Both the position numbers and the translations under genes were made by a program. The notes beneath the pieces were generated by a model. The model saw only the letters and a list, made by a program, of their open reading frames with translations. It made no database searches and had not been told where the DNA came from. From Macrostomum lignano (Eukaryota), in assembly GCA_002269645.1 (NCBI GenBank), contig NIVC01000031.1, positions 1,054,001-1,118,000 of the forward strand: a stretch of 64,000 bases of DNA. Reading direction: 5' to 3'. Shown piece after piece: positions 1 through 12,827 of this stretch. Position 1 is the first letter of the stretch. Each line of letters starts with the position of its first letter.

Positions 1-329
1 GCATTATAAAACATCGTAAAATCTCTTTGTTTCTGCACGAGCCCTTATCACGCTTACAAACAATACTTTATAATGTATAATGCTAGTAATGTATCCTGAT
101 ACATTACTAGCAGATTTTCGAAGCGTCATGTGCTTTTTAGGTCTTTTAAGTTAATAATATAACTATAGCACTTTGATTAAAGTACAATTTGTGTAAAATA
201 TTGTAAAGTTCTATAACAGAATTAATTATTCATTTTTGTTAGACATACTGAAATTCTGAGCCTTTTGTTATAACCAATTATGAGGTCTATACTCTATCCT
301 CTTCCTTTCAACTCTACCAACCTGCCGCT

Positions 330-898
330 TAATCTCTACCCTCTCCCTTTCTCACGCCCCTCTACCCTCTCCCCTTCTCACACCCCTCTACCCTCGCCCC
401 TTCTCACACCCCTCTACCCTCTCCCCTTCTCACACCCTCTACCCTCTCCCCTTCTCACACCCCTCTACCCTCTCCCCTTCTCACACCCCTCTACCCTCGC
501 CCCTTCTCACACCCCTCTACCCTCTCCCCTTCTCACACCCCTCTACCCTCTCCCCTTCTCACACCCCTCTACCCTCTCCCCTTCTCACACCCCTCTACCC
601 TCTCCCCTTCTCACACCCCTCTACCCTCTCCCCTTCTCACACCCCTCTACCCTCGCCCCTTCTCACACCCCTCTACCCTCTCCCCTTCTCACACCCTCTA
701 CCCTCTCCCCTTCTCACACCCCTCTACCCTCTCCCCTTCTCACACCCCTCTACCCTCGCCCCTTCTCACACCCCTCTACCCTCTCCCCTTCTCACACCCC
801 TCTACCCTCTCCCCTTCTCACACCCCTCTACCCTCTCCCCTTCTCACACCCCTCTACCCTCTCCCCTTCTCACACCCCTCTACCCTCTCCCCTTTTCA
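330..898. repeat. 26-bp C/T-rich tandem repeat (TACCCTCTCCCCTTCTCACACCCCTC), about 21 copies, just downstream of the Robo stop codon
   Basis: Unit directly visible; accounts for the spurious low-complexity ORF 280..990. Confidence 0.95.
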
Positions 899-995
899 CA
901 TCTATCTACCCGGCAATCGAAATGAACTCCCAATGTTTTGTCTCGTCAGCTGCTAATACCCATCCCGCATCAAATATGCATAAAGAGTAGACAGC

Positions 996-3900
996 TCACC
1001 CTGGATGATGATGATGACTAATAACTCCGCCGCGACCCTGCTGCACTGTCGTTGCCGTATTAGGCAATCCTTGTGGACCGAAATTAGGCGAACAAGACGA
1101 CGAATTGGAGGCCGTGGTGACGTAGGCGCCAACACCAACAGTAGTGACAGGAGTTAGTCGGACAACCAGCTTATTGTCAAGCCGCTGCTGCTGTTGAGTG
1201 GAAGCCGGAGCACAATTAGCATAGCAACTAGGCGCTGCAGACTCAGACGACTGGCTGCCAGATTTGCAAGCCGGCTGCTGCTGTTGATAATCGGCTGTGT
1301 AATACGGACACCGGCTGCTGCCGCCGCTGCCGCCTCCGCCGCTAACCAGATCAGACAGCGGCGGCGGTGGCGGCGTGAAATCGCAGATATTCATAGCTGG
1401 CGGCTTGTAACTAGGGAAGTTAATATTGCCAACAGCGCCGCCTGAAGAGGTCATCACGTGGCGCTGATGCTGGTGCTGGTGATGATCTTGCACAGCGGCT
1501 GTACTGTCAGAGATGTCGCTACAATCTGAGCAGCTCATTGAGCAAGCTGGCTCGTCGGCGTTGGAATATAACGAACCCTGCTGGTAGCGTCGGTCCTGTT
1601 GGATAGCGCTCTGAATCAGACTGGCCGATGCGTACGGAGTGGCTACAGGCGCCACCGAGGGCAGCGTAGCTGGCGGCGGCATCGGAGCCGCTGGCAGCAT
1701 CTGGTCAACAACAGGACCGCCGTGTCCCAGCATCAGCAACGGAGTCTGCTGCTGCATATGATGAATATGCATAGGGCTGTTGGCGAATAGTTGTTGCTGT
1801 TGCTGCTGCTGCTGCTTCTTGTTAGCGGCGCTTTGATGCTGCTGCTGCTGCTGCTGATCAAGAAGGTCTGGCGGAGGCGGCGGTGACTGCTGGTGCAGTT
1901 CGCCAGACAACTGGTGCCCGCTGCCGTGGCCAACACCGCCAGTGAATCGCGAGCCATTCGAACTGTCATCCTGACCGCCAGACGACTTGCTTAGCAATGG
2001 AAAAGCGTTGCCGCTAGCGTCGACAGAACCGCAGCCGCCGCTGCCGCCGCCACCGACCCCCTTGTTATAAGGCTTATAATACGGCTTCTTTCTATGCAGG
2101 CATCGGGTCCGGAAGGCGAAGATGACTACAGCGCAGACCGCTAGCCAAAGCAATATTCCAATAACCATTATTGAGATAAACCACGGCTCTTTCAATAGGG
2201 TCTTCTTTTCCTGCGCCGCGCTCAAACTATAAATAGCCGATGGTATGCGCAGAGGCGGTGATCTAGTTCCTTCGCCTTGACAATTAACAGCGGCCAGGTG
2301 TAAAGTGTAATCTGCGGCAGGATCTAAGCCGGTAATCACGTGACTATTAGCGCTACCGTTGTTAATACTAATCGTGCGCCAAACTAGACGAGATTCCAGT
2401 CCAGATGTTGAGTTACCAGACGACTGCTGCGACTGCCTGACTGAAGCCGGTTCACGCAAATGAATAACAAAGCCGGTAAGAATTCCATTGCTATCAGTCA
2501 CTGGCGGCGGAGTCCAAGACAACGATAGGCTAGTGTTGCTAAGCCAGCTAGCTCTGATATTCGAAGGCGGCTTAGTTGGGAAGTATTCCCAGGTGAGCAC
2601 GGTGTGCGGCTCCGATCGCGAGCCCCTAGTTTCGCCGTACATAGCCTGCTTATTAAAATTCTCAACAGTCACCTCGTAGCAGCTGAACGACATCAAATCC
2701 GACAAAGTCGCGGAAACCGTGTTAGCGCTTGCAGCTTTTTTATTATAACGCCAACTAATTGTTTTAGTCTGTTGTCGAGCGTAACTCGGACTGTGCTCAC
2801 CGCCGCCGCCTGAGCTGGCCTCAGCTGCAGAAGAGGACGAAGCATCAACATCACTAGCTCTAGTATCTGGCCTATCCAATCGCGATCGCAAATGATAGTT
2901 TAATCGCTGCTCATTCTTCAACGAGCAATGGCTATTCTTGTACTGTTGAAAGACTTTATTATCGTCGATACATCGGTGCAGCGGTACCACTCTATAGTTG
3001 ATGTGAAATCCGTGCGTCAATTCTAAAGTGTTCTGCCTAGCCTGAACTTTCCATAGCACGCGTACAACATCTTTTTTCATTACTTGCAGCCGAAAATCTT
3101 TGTAGCCCATATTTTGCAGGTGTTGCGGTATTTCCGAATAGCCAAATTTATCTGTTGGCGTCTCGGCCTCCGTGTGCACAGGCGGAGACAAAGTCGACGG
3201 CTTAGAAACGCCCCTAGAGGTGACGGTGCGCACCAGGAACTGATAAGACGTCTGGCTGCGCAGACCGTCTACTTTCAGCGTCTCGGATTCGAACAGATGC
3301 GGATACAACTGCCATCCAGTGCCGAGATCGTGCGACAGATATTCAACTTGATAACGAACCAGTTCGCTACCGGGCACAGCCGGCGAACTTCTAGGCGTCA
3401 CCTTTAACAATACCCAATCTGCTCCTTTATCAGTGACAGCAATGGACCGAGGCGGCCGCGGCAGGTCGCTAACGTCTGGCCTGCGACGATTCATACCGTC
3501 CGGCGATGCCTGATAATTAACCACGTCGATAATAGCCGGAGTTGGCCAAGTGGTCACCTTGCCGCCAACTTTAATAGCGCAGGTGTAATTACCCCGATCG
3601 GACGGTTGCAATTCGTAGATTTTCAACGAGCCGTCATAGTTAACATGGAATCGATTTGTCTTCCTAATTGGCACGCTATCCTTGTACCAGATGGTTTGCG
3701 GATTAAATCTGGCGTGAGCGCGCTGGTATTCAAGATCAAGTTCGCAATTCAATTGGAGATCTTGGCCACGCGTCACTGACTGACTCTGCGGCCCGACAGA
3801 GATGATTGGTGCGAGAGCGGCTCTGGCTGTCACGGTTAACGTGGCAGAGGATTGCACACTGCCAGCGTAGCTATTAGCATGGCACTCGTACTTGCCCTGG

Positions 3901-4841
3901 TGAATAGGCCTAACTGGATCGATCACTAAAGATCCGTCCGTTGTAACGTTGACTCCGCGAAGTTTCTCGTCATCGTTTGGCGCATTATTGGGGAAGATGT
4001 ACATACCTTTATCCTGCGACCAGAATATATTCGGCTTTGGATTACCGACTACTCGACAACGAAATACTACTCGGTGGCCTTCTACGGCAACTTGGTCGAC
4101 CGGTGTTTCGCGAAATTCCGGCTTAAAACGAACGGTTAAAGTGGCTAAGGCTTCGTTAGTTCCGGCACTGTTCGACGCTTCGCAGATGTACTTGCCAGCG
4201 TCTGTTGGGGCCAGATTAAACACGGTTAACGAACCGTTGCTATGGGAAAACGAGCGCGACTTTACTATTTGTCCATTGTCTTTGCGCCAGTTGAGCGTAG
4301 GCGCCGGATCGCCAACAGCGGCGCAGTTAAACGTAGCATTCTCGCCTTGCATTCTGTCTAAATCGGATGGGGCTACGCGGAATACCGGCTTAGACTTGAC
4401 GCTGATGATGGCGGACGCTGAGAGCTGGTCGCCGGCGATATTTTTAGCTCGACAAGCGTACTCGCCGGCGTCGGATGGACCGGCTCGCATTATGCGCAAA
4501 TGGCCATTGTCCATAACAACTATGCGACCGTCCTCGGGTACTATTGATTGGCCGTTTTTACGCCAGGACACTTCCGGCCTAGGCTGGCCATCTGGTGGGT
4601 CGCATTCAATCTCTATGGTAGAACCCGTTGGTACCGATTTACTCTGCGGCTCCGAGCGGAACTTGTCGTTTAGGTAAGCAATCCTAGCCCAGACTGGGTC
4701 GCTAACAGTCGAACCATGCTCGTTGCTGGCGTTGCAATAGTAGCGACCCTCGAATTTGGCTTCGAATGATAGGAAGGTCAGCTTACCGGAGCTGTCTAGG
4801 TGGATCATGCTGTGAACTGGGTCGTCTGACATTGAGTGTAC
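996..4841 (-). CDS. robo: Roundabout (Robo) receptor, coding exon 2: second half of Ig1, Ig2-5, 3 FN3, TM, cytoplasmic tail
   Basis: 1278-aa ORF with Ig motifs (GRYYCNASN, ECDPPDGQPRPEVSWRKNG, GKYICEASN, FRCRVVGNPKPNIFW, GNYTC), three FN3 repeats, TM PWFISIMVIGILLWLAVCAVVIFAF, CC1-like TPYASASLIQS and PPPP motifs. Phase-0 acceptor ctgacag|GTACAC at 4842/4841. Confidence 0.93.
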   Translation of the reverse strand, partial: VHSMSDDPVHSMIHLDSSGKLTFLSFEAKFEGRYYCNASNEHGSTVSDPVWARIAYLNDKFRSEPQSKSVPTGSTIEIECDPPDGQPRPEVSWRKNGQSIVPEDGRIVVMDNGHLRIMRAGPSDAGEYACRAKNIAGDQLSASAIISVKSKPVFRVAPSDLDRMQGENATFNCAAVGDPAPTLNWRKDNGQIVKSRSFSHSNGSLTVFNLAPTDAGKYICEASNSAGTNEALATLTVRFKPEFRETPVDQVAVEGHRVVFRCRVVGNPKPNIFWSQDKGMYIFPNNAPNDDEKLRGVNVTTDGSLVIDPVRPIHQGKYECHANSYAGSVQSSATLTVTARAALAPIISVGPQSQSVTRGQDLQLNCELDLEYQRAHARFNPQTIWYKDSVPIRKTNRFHVNYDGSLKIYELQPSDRGNYTCAIKVGGKVTTWPTPAIIDVVNYQASPDGMNRRRPDVSDLPRPPRSIAVTDKGADWVLLKVTPRSSPAVPGSELVRYQVEYLSHDLGTGWQLYPHLFESETLKVDGLRSQTSYQFLVRTVTSRGVSKPSTLSPPVHTEAETPTDKFGYSEIPQHLQNMGYKDFRLQVMKKDVVRVLWKVQARQNTLELTHGFHINYRVVPLHRCIDDNKVFQQYKNSHCSLKNEQRLNYHLRSRLDRPDTRASDVDASSSSAAEASSGGGGEHSPSYARQQTKTISWRYNKKAASANTVSATLSDLMSFSCYEVTVENFNKQAMYGETRGSRSEPHTVLTWEYFPTKPPSNIRASWLSNTSLSLSWTPPPVTDSNGILTGFVIHLREPASVRQSQQSSGNSTSGLESRLVWRTISINNGSANSHVITGLDPAADYTLHLAAVNCQGEGTRSPPLRIPSAIYSLSAAQEKKTLLKEPWFISIMVIGILLWLAVCAVVIFAFRTRCLHRKKPYYKPYNKGVGGGGSGGCGSVDASGNAFPLLSKSSGGQDDSSNGSRFTGGVGHGSGHQLSGELHQQSPPPPPDLLDQQQQQQHQSAANKKQQQQQQQQLFANSPMHIHHMQQQTPLLMLGHGGPVVDQMLPAAPMPPPATLPSVAPVATPYASASLIQSAIQQDRRYQQGSLYSNADEPACSMSCSDCSDISDSTAAVQDHHQHQHQRHVMTSSGGAVGNINFPSYKPPAMNICDFTPPPPPLSDLVSGGGGSGGSSRCPYYTADYQQQQPACKSGSQSSESAAPSCYANCAPASTQQQQRLDNKLVVRLTPVTTVGVGAYVTTASNSSSCSPNFGPQGLPNTATTVQQGRGGVISHHHHPG

Positions 4842-4940
4842 CTGTCAGTTTAGGGGTAGGTTTAATATAGTTCATTGATGTGGTTAAATCATTGTTTGAA
4901 CGATGTATCAAACTTGCATAAGATATTTAGTGCTTTTACG

Positions 4941-5322
4941 AGATATGCGAAGCTTCCAGATGATATGTGAAGCTTCCAGATGATATGTGAAGCTTCCAGA
5001 TGATATGTGAAGCTTCCAGATGATATGCGAAGCTTCTAAGATGATATGTGAAGCTCTCAGATGATATGTCAAGCTTCCAGATGATATGTGCAGCTCCAGA
5101 TGATATGTGAAGCTTCTAGATGATATGTGAAGCTTCTAGATGATAGGTGAGGCTTCCAGATGATATGTGAAGCTTCTAGATGATAGGTGAAGCTTTCAGA
5201 TGATATGCGAAGCTTCCAGATGATATGTGAAGCTTTCAGATGATATGTGAAGCTTCCAGATGATATGTGAAGCTTCTAGATGATATGTGAAGCTTCTAGA
5301 TGATATTTTAAGCTTCCAGATG
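4941..5322. repeat. 20-bp minisatellite (GATGATATGTGAAGCTTCCA), about 19 copies, inside the Robo intron
   Basis: Directly visible tandem array between the two Robo coding exons. Confidence 0.95.
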
Positions 5323-5428
5323 GTAAATCTATTTGAAGCTTTCAAATGGCATATTGAACCTACAGATATGTTAATGGGAAGCGACTACATGACATGAATG
5401 CAGTTCTCAAAGCAAGGCAATATCATAC

Positions 5429-5632
5429 ACCAACCTGACGACCACTCGTAGCATTGTACCACGTAATACGCGGTTTCGGATCTCCAACAGCCGTACAAGT
5501 CAAGGACAGAGAAGTGCCGCGCAATGCCGACATGGCGGTGGGCGGATTTGTGATGACCGGGTCGTTACCAGATGCGGCCAATACGGAAGCGATCACCATA
5601 TGGGACAGGGCGATTAGCGCAATAAATGACAT
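5429..5632 (-). CDS. robo: Robo coding exon 1: signal peptide plus first half of Ig1
   Basis: MSFIALIALSHMVIASVLAA hydrophobic leader, then PVITNPP..LTCTAVGDPKPRITWY (Ig B-strand Cys and C-strand Trp). Phase-0 donor at 5434 (GTTGGT) or 5428 (GTATGA) matches the phase-0 acceptor at 4842; an in-frame TAA lies upstream of the ATG. Confidence 0.88.
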
Positions 5633-8600
5633 TATATTGCTTTTCTCTTTTTATCCTTTGTCGACTCGACTCGCAATCAATGTATTATCGTCAGATAGTT
5701 TTGAAGACGCTAGATCAGACAAAATCGATGCTGTTGAACATGTCAGATTCTTTGGATTTTGCAACCAACCGACCAGAGAATCTGAAGAGAAATTAATAAT
5801 AACAGGTTAGCGCTTTTTTCTGCGTTTTTTTTTGTCTCTCGGCAGGAGCGCAGATGGAGCCGAGAGAGAGAGAGAGAGAGGAACAGAGAAAGATTAGGTT
5901 ATTAAATGGGACAGACAGAGCAGCGGCAAAATGGGGCGGGCGAACTGTCGGGCTGACTCTGGGGAAAACGGGGACGAGGCCTTAGAGGGTTGGCTGTAAG
6001 GCACGCGAGGACAGAGGAGAGAGGAGAACGGAGAAGAGGGGAAAGGAGAGAGCAAGGGGAGGAGGCGTGGGGAGGGGATTAATCACATCCCGTGAGACGC
6101 TGAACTGAACGAAATCCAACGTAAGCTTTTGACGCTGACTGACTGAGCGAGGAGAGAGCGGGCTGCTTGAGGAGAAGGAACGGTGAAGAAAACGTTCAGG
6201 GAGGGAGGTTGGCGGTGAAAGTGGGCCTTCGTAGGGACAGGAGGCGTCCAGATGGACAGAGGGGGAGAGCCGAGGACCTTCTTTAGGCCAACCTATTTTG
6301 ATACGAGGCTGGGGCTACTCCTAAGGTAACCCTGCAATCCAATGGGAGCCAATTGGTTGGAAGCACGCATGCACACAACACACTCCAGATTTCTGAATCA
6401 GGCAACTAAGTGTAACGCACTGATTTCTCAAAAAAGTACTAAACTAATGTCGCATTCTTAGGCCTCCCGGTTGGTTCCATCTGGTTTTTCAAACGTCTTG
6501 GAGTTTTCTTTAAACTGCTCCGTTTGATCCATTGGCTGAGAGTTCGAATGGATATCTGAGCATCAAATGCACCGCAAAAAGCCAGAAAAATCGCGTATCT
6601 TATTTTGTTTTCCTAATTCTAAACCACGCATATTAAATATATATAGTGAAACTAAGCAGAAAAGAAAATGAAATAAATGTATCTAATACAATTATATATA
6701 TTATAGACTGTAAGATAGGACTTGATTTGACGACACTCTTGGGCTTGGGGTTGAAGAATATATTTTTAAGAGAAGACCCGCCAACAGAGCCAGACAGAAC
6801 GGGGAAGGCGGGAAAGGGGGAAGGGAGAGAGAGAGAGAGGGCGGAGAGAGACGTGACGCCTAACGATGAGTCATCGCCCTAAACGCAGCGCCGGGACAAG
6901 CGGCATTCTCCTTCTATCCGTTTTTAATCTCTCTCTCTCTCTCCTCTTACCAACCCGCTTGGCCTAGCAAGGAACAGACAAGAGGTCGCTTTCTATCTAT
7001 CCATCCATCTATATATACTAACTGAAGCAGGACCTCACTCGCTAGTGAAGGGAGAAGACGCGAGGAGGAAAAAATGAGCTAAGACACGTATACATACTCG
7101 TATATCAGGAACCATAATAATATAATAATGCTCTAGGCAGTAGTGTAAGTAGTAGGTCCTAGTTCGAAAAATTCAATTATCGCCTATGCACCACTTTTAG
7201 ACCCAGTCACTTTTTTCCTGCCTGCCCCGAAGCAGGAATCGACTGTCTAATACGTAACCCCTCGAAATGGCGCCAGCTTCGAGCTGCTTACTATGCATAA
7301 CACAACTTAACTTGATACACTTTACTCAAGCCAACCATCTTCCCTTGAGAGTTCTCAGCCTTGAGACCTCGGAAGAAACGGTGAGGGAAGATGAAAGGAG
7401 AATTCGTCTCAGACTTACGGCAGCTTTAATCCAGGGACCCCCCGCTTTCGGCCGCTCCAGTGAGAGCTCAAATAAATTAATCTCCTTAGGGAAATATAAC
7501 TCGACGTCTAGCACCAACGTTTTTTTTATAGGATGCGGTAAAGAAAAGCGGAAAAGTGAAAGTTTAACTAGAACTAACTAGCTAGCTAGCTAGTATTTCA
7601 GCCAATCTTCTATATCCCAGTAAGAGGCGATTTTATTTAATTAATTTTGGCAAGGAAAGCACATACACACACAGACGGACACAGCCAATCCAGTTTCCTG
7701 TTCCTTCGCCTATAATGATTGCCTCAATACGAATAAAAACTATTAGCATTCTATCATGTTTTGTTTAAAATACAATTAAAACAACGCGCGATGAATAAAT
7801 ATAGCTCCTGGATCATAAGGCTATAAGGCTACATACCCCACTAGCCTAAATGTCTTTTAGTTATTAGTCCTTACAGCAGTCGACCCGCCCGTATCTAAGC
7901 AAGGACGCAAGCAGTCACAACCGTTTCCCAGACCCCTCACTGAACCTGAGGTGCGCAAATTTTCGACGAAAGCTTCAAAGAACCCGGGGCCGTGGTGGCA
8001 TGGAGCTACTTTAATTTGAAATTGTATTCAAAATCTATAATAGACTTGAAAAAAAGAAATATCCAAGCAACTAAATTAAGTAGAATTAACCAATCCGCCT
8101 TACCTACCGCATATTCTATACTACAATATAGGCACGCATAACTATAGATAACAAAATCCGTGTGTGTATAGATAGATATAAATCGGCACGTAAAAAGAGA
8201 ATACAGAAAACGGTCATATTTACACTTTGGGGAAGAGAAAAAAAACTATAATCAAAGGTGCCGCGTTTTAGAAAAATATTCATTCTCTTTTCTACCCATG
8301 GTACTGTAGCTTTTATTGCCCCCCCCCCCGGCTTCGCTTCTGAACTTGACCGACTCACAACAGAAATGTCTGTGAGACACTGTTAACTCAAGTGTTCTTA
8401 AGAGGCCGCTTCTCTCTTGTCTTTAACACAGCTGCGCATGCAGAGCTGTGCGTGAATGCGACGGGGAGTCTTCCTTAGTATTTTGTCAATTCCCCCCCTC
8501 TCCTCACCTTGTATTATTAGTGTCTATTCATAAATGCATATTCAAGGCGATTTGGGAGCCGAGCAGTATAACTATTCACATAACTCCTAATTTGTCAGAC

Positions 8601-10004
8601 TCTAGGTTTTACCTTCACAGAAATGGTTGTTTGTCACAAAGCCTTCGGTGGCACTTGAATTTCTAATCGTCAAACATGTACACTATCTGTGGGACGTAAT
8701 AAAACTTTAAACAAAACGAATTTAAAATGCCCTAGCGAGTTCCAATAAGTTAGTGAATTACTAAAGACAGTAAAATTCAGCATATGCATATTAATCGTTT
8801 ACATTATGCACACTATAAAGTTTTATATCGCTATTCGGCTCCCAAATTAACAATGCAATTTTCTCTCTCTCTCTCTGTCTAATCTTGAATAAAGTAGAAG
8901 CGCCGGAAGGGTTAAAAGGTGTGAGAAAGATGGGGGGCATGGAACAGAAAAAATGGAATCTCTCCCCCAGTGTATTTACATAATAAGACGCCTTCAAGTA
9001 AATTGCTTATGCCTAATGTCTAATTTATTATGCCTATCTATGTAGCTGAGCTTGCAGATAAATAAAAGACAAACTCTGATCTAAACTCAACAAAGTACAG
9101 ATTTACAACTGAAAAGAAGCAGGTGAGAAATCTTTTCTGGTCTTCTTTTATTTAATTTCATTTATTTATTCTGTTGAGTGCTCTACAGTGTGGTGGCCAA
9201 CACGGGTACTGAGAGTGTGCGTTTTTCTTCTTCAAAAAGAAATCCAAAAAAGACCTGCCTAAATAAACGCGAACAGCTGTACTTAAATGCCTTTTTTCAT
9301 TTCGCACTGCTGTGTCAATCTTAGTGAATTGACGCAAATATGCTGCAGAACTTGATGGTAGGTTGTCGAATTTCTAGATTGGACTAAAACATTTGAGCCG
9401 GTGAGCTTTTTCTAAAGCAAGAAAAAAGGCACCTGAAGATGTGAAATATTTGAAATAGAAAAAGAAAACACACGCAGAAAGCAGACAGAACTCGGAGTGT
9501 TTAAAGTCAAATAGATGTGGTGCACTCTTTGTTGACAAGAGAAAGTGGGATGGTTTTGCCTCAGAAGGTAAGATTAAGTGACAGGGAATGTGAAAGGGTG
9601 AGGGCGAGAGGGCGATAGAGGAAGATAAATAAATTGCCCACCGATATGTATGGAAAAGCGGAAGAAACGAGATTTCATGTGGTAAAATTTAGGTTTCTTT
9701 AAAAAAGCTTTAAATGATGAAAGAAGTGGAAAGTTCTGAAAAACACTTAGTGGAAAATGCAAAAATTGAAAAACAAGGCAAGAAAAAGCCGCAGAACAAA
9801 ACTGCAGGCTCCAACAAACGCAAGCACTAAACTCTTTTGATCCCCTCCTGACTACGCTGGAAAAAAAACTCAAAAATGAAGGAACAAAAGGTCTTGCAGG
9901 CAAAGCGAAAATAGGAAAAAGCCGTTCTTTTGTCTTAATTGTACAGTACAGGACACTTTACTTTCAGTGCTGTATTGTAGTTCAAATAAGAGGCAAGTAA
10001 CTTC

Positions 10005-10695
10005 CACAAACCAGACACATCACAAACTAGACACACCACAAACTAGACACATCACAAACCAGACACATCACAAACTAGACACATCACAAACTAGACACAC
10101 CACAAACTAGACACATCACAAACTAGACACACCACAAACTAGACACATCACAAACCAGACACATCACAAACTAGACACATCACAAACTAGACACACCACA
10201 AACTAGACACATCACAAACTAGACACACCACAAACCAAACACATCACAAACTAGACACACAACAAACTAGACACACCACAAACTAGACACATCACAAACT
10301 AGACACACCACAAACTAGACACATCACAAACTAGACACATCACAAACCAGACACATCACAAACTAGACACATCACAAACTAGACACACCACAAACTAGAC
10401 ACATCACAAACCAGACACATCACAAACTAGACACACAACAAACTAGACACATCACAAACCAGACACACAACAAACTAGACACACCGCAAACTAGACACAT
10501 CACAAACTAGACACACCACAAACCAGACACATCACAAACCAGACACATCACAAACCAGACACATCACAAACCAGACACATCACAAACCGGACACATCATA
10601 AACTAGACACATCACAAACCAGACACACCACAAACCAGACACATCACAAACTAGACACATCACAAACTAGACACATAACAAGCTAGACACATCAC
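10005..10695. repeat. 16-bp minisatellite (CACAAACTAGACACAT), about 43 copies
   Basis: Directly visible. Confidence 0.95.
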
Positions 10696-11367
10696 ACATC
10701 ACGGACGTCTAGTCATAATCTAGTGACCTAAAGTTCTTATCGACAAAGCTTCGTGCAGAGCAGAGCTTAGAAGAAATAGAACTCAGAATTTGTCCCCTTT
10801 GTTTGACAACAATCCGCAGAGTTTAAACTGCAACGCATTCAGAGCTAAGGGATGACAGGTGAGGAACGATTGCGTAATCCTTTTTTCCGGAATTATAATT
10901 TATGGTCAGCCAAGTGTAAGGTTTGCCCTGCGCCGTCGCTGACAGCTGACTGGGTCAACAATAACCAAGGGAGAATGCGAACAAAGACTTGCATGGTTTT
11001 AGGTAGGGTGGGAAGATTTCCTCAAATAATATCTACGCTTGAATAAGCCCGGGTGTTCAAATTGCAAATAATATTAATCATACTATTCATATAGGTTTTA
11101 CCTCTGGCCGAATGATTGCGAATAATGCATCAAATTAGCTGGCTTGGCTAGAGGGGGTTGGGGGCGAGATCAGGTGTCCACCGCCGACCGAAGGAACCAA
11201 GGGAAGGGTAAGGGTGGCCAGTCTGATTGAGAATTGGAGAAGTCTTAGTTGGGAAGCTTAACATGTACCCAGGTTTCACGAGCTGGTCATGCCATAGGGC
11301 CAGTTATCTTGGTCAGTTCTATTCAATATAATAACCTTAACATTATCCTTAGATAAGAAAATTTAGT

Positions 11368-11880
11368 GTGCATCTGTCTGTATGTCTCAGAATCTGTCCG
11401 TCTTGTGCCTTGGTGTCTGTATTATTGTCCGTCTCATTATCTGTCTTAGTGTGTCTGTGTCTGTCTTAGTGTTTTTGTTAGTGTCTGTCACATTGTCTGC
11501 CTTAGTCTCTGTCTTAGTGTCTGTCGCAGTGTCTGTCTTAGTGTCTGTTTTAGTGTCCGTCTTATTGTCCGTCTCATTATGTGTCTTAGTGTGTCTTTGT
11601 GTCTGTCTTAGTGTTTTTGTTAGTGTCTGTCACATTGTCTGCCTTAGTCTCTGTCTTAGTGTCTGTCGCAGTGTCTGTCTCAGTGTCTGTCGCAGTGTCT
11701 GTCTCAGTGTCTGTCTTAGTGCTGGTGTCAGTGTCTGTTCGCAGTGTCTGTCGCAGTGTCTGTCGCAGTGTCTGTCTCAGTGTCTGTCGCAGTGTCTGTC
11801 TCAGTGTCTTATTGTCTGTCTTAGCAACTGTCCCAGTGTCCCAGTGTCAGTCTGTATTATCATATGCCTGTCTTAGTCTG
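11368..11880. repeat. Degenerate GTGTCTGTCTTAGT/GTGTCTGTCGCA low-complexity repeat
   Basis: Directly visible; explains the V/S/C-rich ORFs 11382..11876 and 11599..11955. Confidence 0.85.
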
Positions 11881-12827
11881 TACATGTATCTGGCAGTGCA
11901 GCAAACAAAGCTTGTCTGTCTATTTACTTTTAGCAGATCAGTTAAGCCAGTCTGAAACTGTCACCCGGCACACAGAGGATTTAAATAAGTGTTTATAATA
12001 ATATCCCACCCCGAGCATTTTAAGTCCCGACTAATCCAGCATCCCAGTTCCCACCCCAGTTCGAAGATCTTGTCAAATACTCGAATGGGTAGACAGGATA
12101 GGCAGGCCTATACCACTTGTGTAAAGCTGCCGCCTCCAAGCCAGATCCCAGGCTTCAATCCTCTACATTTTCATTTCCTCTACAAAACCACACACACACG
12201 CAGTGAACGAAAAACAGCCTGAAGGCATTGAGAGAAGCAGCAGAAATTTCTCTTTGTCTAAACCTTGTGAGCTAATTTGATTATGTTCAAATCCCAAAGG
12301 CTAAATAAAGTGGTAAAAAATGTCAAAGTTCATTAACGTGATTTTAAAAAATTCTATCTTCCATTGCGATACAAAAGCTCCATCACTAATGCTAAATAGA
12401 CAAAGACAACTGCTCAGGTAAAACAGTAGTCAATAATAAAAAAGCACACTGTCAAAGCGGTATTTCATGAACACACAGAAAATGCAAGCAAATTTCAAGC
12501 TCTAGCTGGTAAAAAAATAAATATGAAAGCTACAGGCATTGAGCAACAAAGCTGGAGATTAAAAAAAACCCGGAAAAAAACAAGAAGGCAGTGAGACTCA
12601 GTCAGACGCAGGCGTCAGTTAGATGAGGAAATTATGGCAAACAAAGACCTATTATTGTGACTGTTTTTCCGAGGAAAAATAATGATTTACAACCAAACCA
12701 GTGACTTGGCTGGCTGGCAAAATTTTAGGAAAATGAGTGCAAAAGGAACTATTTTGTAAGGTGCCCGCCCGACTGAAGAGGAAGTATAGAAATAAATTAT
12801 AAGGTTACACTGAAGATTGAACTAGAG

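Noticed and set aside
280-990. 236-aa P/L/S ORF
   Set aside because: Translation of the 26-bp tandem repeat.
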